From Camelus ferus (taxonomy: Eukaryota): a DNA stretch of 64,000 nt. This document shows, one piece after another, positions 41,201 through 51,496 of this stretch. A program made the translations under genes and the position numbers. Every line of letters starts with the position of its first letter. Position 1 is the stretch's first letter. Below the pieces are notes generated by a model, which was not told the origin of the DNA, did no database searches, and saw nothing but the letters and a program-made list of their open reading frames with translations. The stretch spans positions 83,764,001 through 83,828,000 of the forward strand of contig NC_045697.1 of NCBI RefSeq assembly GCF_009834535.1. The letters are read 5' to 3'.

Positions 41201-44200
41201 TATGTAGCATAAAATTCATCTAATGTGTTTGATTCCTCTTCTTGCTGTACTTCACACCTGCCAAGCTCATTCTTGTCAGTCCTTTTCCATGGTCCTCTCT
41301 CCTTTCAAATACCTGACTGACTTCTTACAACCCTGTCTAAATTAGGCAGCTTCCCACTCCACTCCCCTCTTCCCACCACTCTTTCCCTTTAATCTGTTTT
41401 CGTTTTCTTCATAGCATTTATTCTTTATCGGTTTGTAAAGTCCATGCCAAAAGGTCCTTGATATTTGGCCAAAATCATTTGGCATGGACCGAATTTTCTC
41501 ATGAATGTTTTGGCAAGGACTAAATTTTTGGGACCATGTGGCATGGACCAAATGTCTTACTGACTTTTTTGGATAGGACTAAGTCTGCCAACCAAATGAT
41601 CCTGCAGAAAATAACCATGCATTTGTGAAATACAGATCTCAGCTTTATTAGAAACTAATGTACCTGGCTTGTTTCCTTACATGTATCATGATGTTGCTTT
41701 TTTCAGAATTCTAACTTTTTTTTTTTTAACTTAATCGGTATAATGTGAATTTACTATTTTGAAAAAAAATGAGTAAAAAGTAAACTTATGGGACTAGGAT
41801 TTTCTTTCAGAGGGCACAGCTTTTGTTTATAAATCATTGTTGAAATAACAGTACATCTTATTTCTTTTATTTCTCAGAAAATATAAAAGTAACTTTTAAG
41901 AGCATTGCATTACTTCAGTCACAATATATAAAATCGATCTGTTTGGCATTACCATGCTAGAAATTAAGTTTAAAGATGGAAGGAGTCAGGATCTTATTTG
42001 TTTTAATCTACATTTCATAAAAAGTAAAAGTTGAAGAAGTTACAGTAGAATAATTGGCCTTAAAAGTACCTAAGAATTTAGAAGAAACTCTGATGTTCAT
42101 TCTAAAAAAAAGTAATTCTTAAAGTTGCCTTATATACATAACGTAATTACCTCTCCCCATCCCCCCAGCCCCATCAGCTGTTTCTTTCAGGTGTGTTTTG
42201 ATGAACACAGTAACTTGGAAATATTTTGCTTGTAGGAACTGGTGGTCTTGAATTTCATAAAATTGTATAAAATGATAAAGGAAAAGTAAAACTATATTCT
42301 CTATGTAAAGAAATATTTTACATGGGAAATGTTTGTGAGGCTTGGCTTTGCTATATTTAAAAATAAATGTTTTTCCTCCTGACAGTTTGTTATTCAGAAT
42401 TGTTTTGCATAAGTTACCATTCTGTTATTGCTTCTTGGTTTAATGTTGTGGTCAAATAACATGCACCATAAGATTTTAATTATCTGTAATTTGTTGAGAT
42501 TTGTTTTTGACCCATTTAGATAAATATTGCAAGTCCAATTGAAAAGAATGTATATTGTTCTTGTTGTTGGTAGATAATATTTACTAATTGTGTGCTGTTT
42601 GTATTGGCCATGTCTTTAATGATTTATTTTACTTACTCTGTGAGAAAGGTATGTTATAATATATTATGATTATGGGTTTGTGGTTTTGTTTAGTTATCAG
42701 TTTTATGTTTAGAGCTATTTAAGATTCTGTTGTTAGGTGTTTATAAAATGTAGAATTTTTATGCCTTCCTTGTAGATTAACCCTCTTAAGTATTATGAAA
42801 TGTCCTTATTTATATCCAGTATTTCTTACTTTAAATCCTACTTCATCTGACATTATTATAGCTACTCCTCTTTCTTTTGGCTTGTGTTTGCATGGTGTAT
42901 TATTTCCATCCGTCTCTTTATAATCTTCCATATCCATACATTTAAGGTGTATCTCTTGTGAACAAAAATAGTTGGTTTTCATCTAGTTTATCGTTATTTT
43001 TCAATTGAGTTGTTTAGTCAGTCTATATTTAATGTAATTCCTGATGTATTTGGGCATAAATTACCATCTTACTGTTTTGCTTTACATTGGTACCAACTGT
43101 TTTATGTTCCTTTTTCTCTTATTTCTTTTGGATTGATTAACTATTCTTATATTATTCAATTTTTCTTTTTTATTAGCCTGTTAGTTAGGTATTCTTTTAT
43201 TGTACCTTCAGTGGCTATCTTGCAGCATGAATCCTTGAATTATTAAATTCTAATTTAAAGTAGTTTATTGATTTTTTCTTTAAAGGGGTGGGAATGCTGT
43301 GGTTTAAACTTCATAGTTTTCTTACTTTTTTTAAACCAGTTTTCTCAGTACATGTACAGTTCATGTATAAGTTATTATATACATACCATATACAGCTATA
43401 AAATGAGCTTTGGGTTGTTTATAGCTTTCCGCTGTACATATACATGAACATCTTGTTTGGATTTTTGTGGATGATTTTACTCTTTTATCAAAGTAAAATA
43501 TTTTGTCAGCAGAGCTTATGGCAAGCAAATGTTTCCTCTTCACTGGCTTAAAAGAAACTAACATCACTAGATACTCAACTGGAAGGGTGTGTTTTTCAGA
43601 AAGTGTAGATGTCCATAGATACTGAATATCAAGATTATGGTTCTAGCATGTGAGGAAATGAACAGATTTTTCTCTTCCATCATTAACCTGTCCTACGCAA
43701 AAATAGCTCCTGAATCTGGGAACAATCTCCAGTGGCAACTGCTGTTTAAATGAAGTAGAAGACTTTAAAGAAAAAGCAAAACTATTTGAAGAGGAAAAGC
43801 AAACATCAAACAAATGCTAATCTTTTAATAAGTGAAAAGTCAGTATAACATTAATGAAAATTTTGAAGAGGAAAAAGGATTCAGTCTCACTACTTCAAAG
43901 TATTTTCATTTTTTTTACATAATACTTTCCAGTCCTGTGCATACAAATTTTTACATAACTGTAGTTGTCATTTTGTATTTTTCTCAATATTATGTTAAAT
44001 ATATTTCTACATTTAAAATAATTAGTTTTAATCATTTTAATGGCTTTATAGCATAATTTTAGTCAAAAGTTTTTTTGTTATAGAGGCATGAGTAGAAGAA
44101 CCTGAGTAGAGAGAATAGATCATTGTTAAGTATAGGTGTAAGCATAAGCAGCAACTAAAATAGAGATTTTGCTTGATGCCAATTTGTAACTCGAATATTC

Positions 44201-46716
44201 TATAACTGTAAATATAGTGGGGGTTTTCTCCATCCATTTAGCCGTGGCCACTTAACCCACTTCAGATTATACATTATCTCTTTCATGTAGGATATCCTTC
44301 TGTCTGTATCTATGCCAGTTGAACAGAGTCTTGGAGGTGCAGATTTTATTTTTTGCTTGTAAACTACCATCTGATTCTTTATCTTTGCCCATTCTTAGAA
44401 AAATTATTCTAATATTAGCTATAGTAAAACAGAACTAAGAAAGAATATCTGCTTGGGGAGATTATTAAGTAGTTGGAGATTAACCACATAAATAATAATA
44501 GGAGCAATTGAGAGAAGTCTGCTAAGGGCCTTAACTTATTTGGTTTGAATCTCAAATACACTTCTTCCTTAAGGAGATAGTCTAAGGGATATCATACATA
44601 CCATAGGAATACTATATATTGTTGCTTTGAAAGGTTTAAAAATTGCTATGTGTGTCAAATATGCTGAAGCTAGGCTAATTTAAACTTACTTGGTTCTTAG
44701 TAATGCCTTTAGAAAGTATAATAAAACACTAGGAATAAAGAACGTGTGGGTGGGAGGCAGAGTTCCTTACAGTTCATTCTATGAAGATGTGCATATCGTA
44801 TTTATGTAAGAGGCAATATAGCATGAAAGAAACAGTATTAGCTATTTTTATTAAATCTTTAAGTTTTCTTTCTTATTCCTTGCTTGTGTGTTGTGTCATA
44901 CCACATACGTGCCAAAAAACAAACCAGAAGGTAGCAAGTAAAAATCTCAACGATTCAATTGTCAGTGAGACCACATAGGTGTGCAGTGTGCTCTTTCAAC
45001 TGATGAGGTGCTTCTCTGCCTGTCAGGTTATCTGCTAGATGTGACATGAAAGATACAGTATGATTCACCTGGTTTTTTTTTTCTTCAGATATTATAAATC
45101 TTATATCTATGCACTGTTAGATACTGAAGACTTTTTTAAATGAGCAAAATTTTGTACAAAAATGGCTACTACGTTCTAGAATGTGATCTTAGTAAAATAT
45201 TTTACATTTTATAGGATTTTATAATGGACTTAATAGTCTAAGAAATAACCTTGATGATGATAGGGTAGAAATATTGTGAACCTAATTTTTCAAATGAAGA
45301 ACCTAGTTCTTAGGTATTACTCATCCTGCTCCAATGAGCAAGGATCGCCACACTCAGGGAATGCCAAGCATGATGTCTCTATCAGGCATTACGGTTAATT
45401 TGTATTTCCTCCCATTCCAGATACAGTTTAATCAGACAGAGGTCATTCCTATACAGTCAAAATTGTCTAGCAAGTAGTTGACAGAAATACCTTTTTACCA
45501 AAAGAAATACAATGTGTAATGGAAATCCTGAGAGAAAGTATTTTCATTTTACAGTAAGATGTATATTTGAAGTGGATGTTGAAGGATGGACTTTTTAACA
45601 GGTTGACAGGATAGGAAAAAAAATAGGCACAGAGGCAGAGATGATGAGTATGGGAACAGTTACTGAAGTGATTCATTGCTTTTACTCAAGTGAAGGTGTT
45701 ATGAAAAGCATTAATGAGCAGTGTGATTGGAAAGCTAGCTCAAGCCTCATAAAAGAGCTTAGATTCCATATTTATGAACTAAGCTTTGCTTTAGGCTTTC
45801 CTTTTTTGGAAGGAGGAGATGTTGGGAGAGCATTACAGTGTATTTTTATGTCTGTTAAATGTGTAGGGGACTAGTGAAGTAGAAAAATAAAGACCTAAAT
45901 TTAAGGGCGGCAGTAGAAATGGACAGATAGGAATGAATAGGAGCAACATGGTTGTGGTTGAATTTCTAAGATCTGTTAGCTGGGTTAGTGTTGTTGGGAA
46001 GAGTAGAGGCAACAGTTAATTTCAGGATTTTAATCAGAAAACTATGGTACCATTTCTACAAGTAGAAAGGTGATATAAAATTTATTAAATTTTCACTAAG
46101 CCCAAACTTAGTGTAGTGTATGTTTTTTTTCCTAAGTACTGTTCTCACAGAATGTGAAACATGGACGGAGACAGTGAGGAGGGTTATGGTACAAAAGTTA
46201 CGGTCTAGGAGGAGAAACAAAATGTATACATATGAAATCTTTATGACTGTGATTAAATGCCATGCATTCTTTGAAAAAAAAAAGATCAGTGTTGGGTGAG
46301 TGATAGGAACATCTTTAAGAATGCATTGGAAATTTGAAGTAGCTCCTAACGGATCAATAAGAGAATTGGAAAAAAAAAAAAGTAACCTTTTTTTTTTCCA
46401 CTCCATTTCAGGCTGGCTTACAGTGGGACCAACTCTTACAAATAGCAACTACAATGCAGAAACATACGCATCCTACTTCAGTGCCCCGAATTCCTACTTG
46501 ACTGGGTGTACAGAAGAAATTGAGAGACTTCGACCAAAGTCACCTCCTCCCAAATCTAAATCTGATCGAGGAGGTGGAGCTCCCAGAGGAGGAGGAAGAG
46601 GTGGAACTTCTGCTGGCCGTGGGAGAGAAAGAAATCGATCCAACTTCCGAGGAGAAAGAGGTGGCTTCAGGGGGGGCCGTGGAGGAGCACACAGAGGTGG
46701 CTTTCCACCTCGATAG
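22897..46716 (+). CDS. METTL14: METTL14, non-catalytic subunit of the METTL3-METTL14 m6A methyltransferase; whole spliced CDS of 11 exons, 1365 nt, 454 aa
   Basis: Exons 22897-22962, 25503-25591, 26387-26468, 27527-27607, 27977-28064, 32724-32814, 34012-34153, 37358-37450, 39661-39777, 40924-41134 and 46412-46716 join in frame. Protein begins [22 protein letters not shown], contains the MT-A70 domain with EPPL, and ends in an RGG tail ...GGFPPR*. Confidence 0.98.
24851..25392. repeat. Tandem repeat, three diverged copies of ~180 bp
   Basis: Units start at 24851, 25034 and 25215; shared blocks tttcagctgttaaaatcattctt, ttgttccaaggtgtttt, ttaatccattt.cctgctgaggtagtta. Confidence 0.95.
25503..25591 (+). 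CDS. METTL14: METTL14 exon 2 ([30 protein letters not shown])
   Basis: Acceptor ttctctcag|, donor |gtcagt; 89 nt. Confidence 0.96.
26207..26341 (-). mobile_element. tRNA-derived SINE (Vic-1-like) with TSD
   Basis: gaacccaggaccttgtgcatgctaagtatgcgctgtatcactgagctataccctcccc; TSD catcttgtat[a/t]tatttg at 26190-26206 and 26342-26358. Confidence 0.88.
26387..26468 (+). CDS. METTL14: METTL14 exon 3 ([27 protein letters not shown])
   Basis: Acceptor ttttag|, non-canonical GC donor AAG|gcaagt; 82 nt keeps frame with exon 4. Confidence 0.94.
27527..27607 (+). CDS. METTL14: METTL14 exon 4 ([27 protein letters not shown])
   Basis: Acceptor ttttccaag|, donor |gtaaat; 81 nt. Confidence 0.96.
27977..28064 (+). 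CDS. METTL14: METTL14 exon 5 ([29 protein letters not shown])
   Basis: Acceptor tttttag|, donor |gtatgt; 88 nt. Confidence 0.97.
28300..29050 (-). mobile_element. Old L1 fragment, ORF1 region
   Basis: Minus-strand ORF 28622..28804 [27 protein letters not shown] resembles L1 ORF1p. Confidence 0.8.
29060..30870 (-). mobile_element. L1MB-like 3' region interrupted by a younger L1 (~29185-29970)
   Basis: Two successive L1 3' UTR/ORF2-end sequences; ttagaac[t/a]ttt repeated at 29174 and 29971. Confidence 0.85.
30945..31445 (+). mobile_element. L1MA/L1MB-like 3' UTR fragment
   Basis: gtcaaactcatagaagcagagaataga...ttctagagatctgctgtatagca...ttttggaggtgatggata...caataaagct. Confidence 0.82.
32724..32814 (+). 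CDS. METTL14: METTL14 exon 6 ([31 protein letters not shown])
   Basis: Acceptor cctcctcag|, donor |gtaagt; 91 nt. Confidence 0.97.
34012..34153 (+). CDS. METTL14: METTL14 exon 7 ([47 protein letters not shown])
   Basis: Acceptor aaatag|, donor |gtacga; 142 nt; EPPL at 34082-34093 (degenerate counterpart of METTL3 DPPW). Confidence 0.97.
34400..35550 (-). mobile_element. L2 fragment(s), highly decayed
   Basis: Purine-rich; agcagttagaaggctattgcagtag, aggagttaaagatgactc..gg, agagcatttcaaggagagagtga. Confidence 0.6.
37358..37450 (+). CDS. METTL14: METTL14 exon 8 ([31 protein letters not shown])
   Basis: Acceptor cttacag|, donor |gtaagg; 93 nt. Confidence 0.97.
39661..39777 (+). CDS. METTL14: METTL14 exon 9 ([39 protein letters not shown])
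   Basis: Acceptor tttctag|, donor |gtactg; 117 nt. Confidence 0.97.
40924..41134 (+). CDS. METTL14: METTL14 exon 10 ([30 protein letters not shown]...[14 protein letters not shown])
   Basis: Acceptor gttgtttag|, donor |gtaagg; 211 nt; matches ORF 40936..41190. Confidence 0.98.
41439..41584. repeat. Short motif array TTTGGCATGGACYAAAT, four direct copies at ~30 bp period plus one inverted copy
   Basis: TGG cores at 41480, 41511, 41539 and 41570; inverted agtccatgccaaaa at 41439-41452. Confidence 0.7.
42400..43240 (-). mobile_element. Old L1 (L1ME-like) fragment
   Basis: ttgaaaagaatgtatattg, ttctgttgttaggtg, tttcttttggcttgtgtttgcatggtgtat. Confidence 0.65.
46412..46716 (+). CDS. METTL14: METTL14 last coding exon 11 ([19 protein letters not shown]... 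RGG-rich tail, stop TAG)
   Basis: Acceptor ccatttcag|; 305 nt to TAG; RGG repeats; matches ORF 46300..46716. Confidence 0.98.
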
Positions 46717-47208
46717 TTTTTTAGGACACTGATCCTATTAATGCCCCTTTACCTTCTTTTTATAGTTTGCATTTCAACTGGGAGATGTCATTTAGAACTC
46801 CATTTCAGCTTGCACTTTGCTTTAGTTTTTCTAAGCGGCAGGAATATTTTAGCCAACCTCCCTTGAAGTTGTGACTGTCTAATTTTGTCCAGGATAAACG
46901 AGTCATCCTGTCTTTTGTCATGTGCATGTAATTGAACAGAATGGAACAACATGAATACCTTCACTTTCAGAGACTTAATTTATTCTGATAGAGCTCATCT
47001 AATTAACAAGGCTTTTGCTTTTTAGAAAGAAAGTGAACAGTGAAAAAAGACCCAATCTGGAGTATCATACTAGCGCTGACAGTAGTTGGTAATGGGCATC
47101 CTGCCACTGCCGTCACAGCAAGCGGGAAGCTGTTTGGGAGCCTTGAAGGAATGGAGTTGGAACAGATGGTAAATTTCTGTTAGGGTTTTAATGTTTTCTT
47201 AATGAAGC

Positions 47209-47214
47209 AATAAA
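47209..47214 (+). terminator. Candidate proximal poly(A) signal of METTL14
   Basis: AATAAA followed by a U-rich tract (47221-47240). Confidence 0.45.
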
Positions 47215-47263
47215 AAGAGACTTCTTTTTTCTTTCTTTTTCAAAATTCTTGAAGTCGTGTAAT

Positions 47264-47353
47264 TTGACTACAGAAGAAATTGAGAGACTTGGAACGATAT
47301 CACCTCCTTCCAAATCTAAATCGGATCAGGGAGGTGGAGCTCCCAGGGGTGGA
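47264..47353 (+). repeat. Diverged partial duplicate of METTL14 exon 11 coding sequence (source ~46498-46593)
   Basis: Ungapped 74/85 nt identity (manual count) between 47269-47353 and 46509-46593; translates [28 protein letters not shown]. Confidence 0.92.
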
Positions 47354-50300
47354 CAGAGGAAGAGAGAGAACCTAGTAGGCAGACTTAAAAAAAGAGAAAA
47401 AAATGCTCATCATAATCAGCTGTGCAAGTATGGATGACTCTTAATCATACTTCTAAGAAGCAAATGAGGGCAGATACCCAAGTGGTAGAACTTTGGTGTG
47501 TACTTGACCTTGGCTTGACTTTCATAGCAGTTTCATATTCCTTAGCAAAATAAAATAATCAAAGGCAACAGAGACACCTGGTTATCAGGTACTTGGTTTA
47601 AACATTTTGGGGAATAAGGTACTTGGTGAGGAAACGACATTCAGCTTTAAACTTATTATGGAGAAAAGTTAATGTAAAATCAGGTACAGAAAACCCTCAA
47701 CTTAAGAAGACTGCTTGGAAAATGAAACTGCAGTTGCATTTTAAGGGACTGGTTTTTCAGATCAGTTGGTTGTGTAAGACTTCATGCTGTCATTTTTCTT
47801 TCTATATTGTAACTCATGTTTTGAATGAATTTGCTGAATTTGATGAATGAAATAATACCATTATTGTTCTTGATAAATATATTTTTTATTTTGTGTATGA
47901 TTTTTCTAATGAAACTAAACCTTTGACATTTGGGAGTCTGTTTTCTGTAAGTGGAATTGCCGTTGTTACCAAATGAAGAAGGACTGACCTGAGATCAGAC
48001 TATTCCTTTGGTCTGTGAGTAGCCATTCTTTGATTTTCACTGGCTTATAAAATGAGGTTATTATATCCATTAAAGACTCAGTGTGAAGATAAGGGCTAAA
48101 TTATAGAAATAGGGTTGAAATCCTTAAAAGCCTGATGAATTAACTTGCTCAACCTGTTAGTGCTTTCTGGTATAGATAGCATGTGACTGATGTCTTTCTT
48201 GATGTAGACAGGATATAGAATAATTGGTTAGAGTTTTTACTGAAATGAGGGTGTATCTTCAACTTCAGTAATTAAAAGTTATCTGGAGATAGAACTGTAT
48301 TTGCCAAAGTGGACCTGGCAATGATGAAGACAAAGATGTTCAAATTGCCCACTGTGGGTCCTTAGAAATATCAGCTAGTTAATGACTCTGTCCTATAAAC
48401 AGGACTCTCGAGTCTGGTCCATGTCCTGGGGCTAGCCAAGGGATGGCTGCATTTCTAGTGCTGACCTGGCCTAGTCATCTGTGAGATCTGTATCATGATA
48501 TCATCTTATAGAGAGTTAGGAATGGCTTTTTGTAGATTGAAAGTTAAAGGGGGCCACAGCCCACCATATTCAGTACAGAGCAAATAAGAAAAGAGTAGGT
48601 GATAGGAAAAAATGCAAGCCTAGAATTTCCCTTCAGCAATGTAATGGCCATTTTTATAATAGGATGGAATTGACTCACTAGTTTTGCTACCCTTCACTTT
48701 CAGTAAATGTTGGGTATCAATTTTACAATAGCTTCTTTATTCATTGAGGAACCATTTCCAGTGAAAACTGACCTTTTCTGAGTTTTGATCATCTATATAT
48801 GTACATCTTAATTTTCACAAAGTTATCTAGGGATCACCAAAAATAAGTTGTAGTTGCTTTACTTACTGATTTCTTATTGGAGATAGAAGCTAATAACTCT
48901 GTAATAACCCTATACTTTTTCAGTTTAAAAATTTTAAGATCTGCATACCTAATATACATAATTACAGTTCCAGGTATTCTAAGCCAAATGTTGATGTTTA
49001 TTTTCATTGACAGCAGTTATCTCTGTTAACCACTCTCCTTTCAGAGGATGGAGATGAGAAGGCCCATAGTATTACAGTTCTTTTTGACTGTCTTCATTGT
49101 ATAGAATAGAAAAAGGGAAGAGGTTGATGAAGTCAGCTGGAATGGATTTTGCGGTCGGGGATACCATACCCAAACACTGCTAAACCAGATTAGTTCCAGG
49201 GAATTGTGGGACATCAGTCAAAGTATAGAATGGTCACCATGAGACAAGACAGCATGAGAGGTGTCAAGCTGGGAAGGGGGCAGATCGAGTGTGGAGTCTG
49301 GCATGGCAGCCAGATCCTATGTCCAGAGTTGGATAAGAACTACATCAGCAGTATCCCGCTGATAGTTTGGTAAGTAGAAGAGCCACCCATGAGTCCTTAG
49401 CTCATAAATGTGGAAACTTAAACACATCTCTCTCTTATCTGAAAACTGAATGTTAGGCCATAGTTTCATTTTAAATTGACAATCCTAATGGTAGGATGCC
49501 TGGGAGTTACAGTGTGCTGCCCATAGCTGAGAGTCTTGTGTCATAGCTGTTACTAGGAATGATTCCCTTTTGTATTTTTAAAAATACTTTGTACCCATCT
49601 TAATTGCTAAATTAACAATGTTCTGATTAGTTACAGCAGCTAATTTTAAAATTCATATTATTTTCATCCTGAATTTAAGAAGATAAGATTTGGTCTTTAA
49701 AGTATAGTTCCAGATTTTGCTGATTTAATTAACTAGACAAAATGATTGCCTAGTTAGGGTTCATTCTAAATAGTAGTCTCTGATCTGAAAGTGTCCCACA
49801 TTTCAGTGAGCTATTAAAAACATAAGCCTTTGCTTATAAGAAAGGCCTTTCTTAGAACAGTCATGTAATCTTGGGGTCCATGTGGGACTTTTAGTATTAT
49901 CCTATCTTTGATGTTGGTGATAGGGACTGAACTATCCAGCTTGTGTCCCAAGTATATGCTATCAGTTTTGAAGCTATAAATCTAGGACTTCGCAGAAGGT
50001 TAGAACAATTATCCAGAAAATTGAGCCCATTGAAGACTCCATTTCTGGAAAAGCCACTTTGCTTCTACTCTCAAGGCCCCCAATCATTTACTCAGATATA
50101 AACATTACTAGCTACAACATGCAAAGAAAATACCTCATTTAATCTAGATGTTCTTTTGAAGTAAACTCCTTTTCTAGAATTGGACAAAATGTTGAAGTGA
50201 TCAACTTGAGTATTTGTTACAGTTCATGCTTCTGTAACCAGAGGTGCTCATGTACCTGTGAAATCAGATACGGTAGGTTTTTTTAAAAAAAATACTTCTA

Positions 50301-51490
50301 AAAAATTGAAGTCAACAATGTAAAATGCATACAGAAACTAAGCTTATAATATAAATCAGTGAGGCAAGCCATGAGTTTGTTTTCTAGTGGCCTAATGCTT
50401 TTTTAGACACACTTAAGTTACATATTAAATACGGGAATATTTACTTTCACATTTACTTTCTCCCATTTATCTTTATCTGTGCTGTTTTCGTACATTGGTG
50501 AGTTTTCTCAGCTTCTCTCTAAGAAAAGTGGAGCAGCACAGAGCACCTTAGTAAATAGCCACTGACTTGATCTCAGGACCGTGGAGACCTAAAAGAGGTT
50601 GGGGACAGAGCTCATGCCCTTGGTAAGGTGGACATCACTGCTCAGCTCCAACTAATTGTCATCACAGAGGGAAAATGGTAAGTCTAAAGTGTTCATGTGA
50701 AATCTGTCTTAGATGTTGGCAGTTAAAATAATTTGCGTTCTTTGCTTATATTTTCCTTTCATGGAATTAAAATTTTTAAAAATTAATTTGGCTAGCCATT
50801 GCATGCATATTTTAAATTCTGGCTTCTAAATACTATGTGACCAAATTTACTTAAGAAAAAAATTTACTCGATTGGGGCAGGAAACTTTCACCTTTGAGAA
50901 CATGTTATGTAGTTGGTACACTTTGGAACACACAAATAAGATTGCAGACATAGACTAATAATTTAAAGTTGCATACAGTGATGTGACTGCAGTCTACTCA
51001 TCTGTCCAGTGGAGAAAATGTAGGGGTCTAGGTCTATATTGTCACATAACAAGCCTTTTATAGAATCCCACACCTGCACACGTTTTTAGTTTACAATTAA
51101 GAGTTGTTAATGTCATAAGTGAATAACTATATCACTATTCTGCCTTTTCTGCTTTTTTTTTTGTCTTTTTAAAGCAGAGGACAAAAAGTCAAACACAATG
51201 TTGTTTAGAGATAACCAGTTTAGTAGTTTATGTTGGTTAAATTACTAAGGTAAATGTCTTATGGAATTTGCTGTCATTTTATAGGTTTATGCTTTTCAAA
51301 ACGATTTCTGGGTAGGTACATACTTTCATATGCAGTAAAGGAGAGATTTTTAATGTAATGATGTTGCCCATGATTCAGATAAGCTGCACAGGTGGAGGGA
51401 TTATTTGGCCTTGTCCAAAAAGCAAGGCTTATATGCATGGTAAATAGGAGTTCAAGACTATAGCTCTCTTTTGTACTGCTGTGTTACTGA

Positions 51491-51496
51491 AATAAA
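51491..51496 (+). terminator. Candidate distal poly(A) signal of METTL14
   Basis: ttttgtactgctgtgttactgaAATAAA, with an upstream UGUA element. Confidence 0.45.

Noticed and set aside
41439..41584. Repeat-spacer pattern as a CRISPR array
   Set aside because: Repeats are degenerate and short, spacers are ~12 nt, there are no cas genes, and the context is a eukaryotic intron
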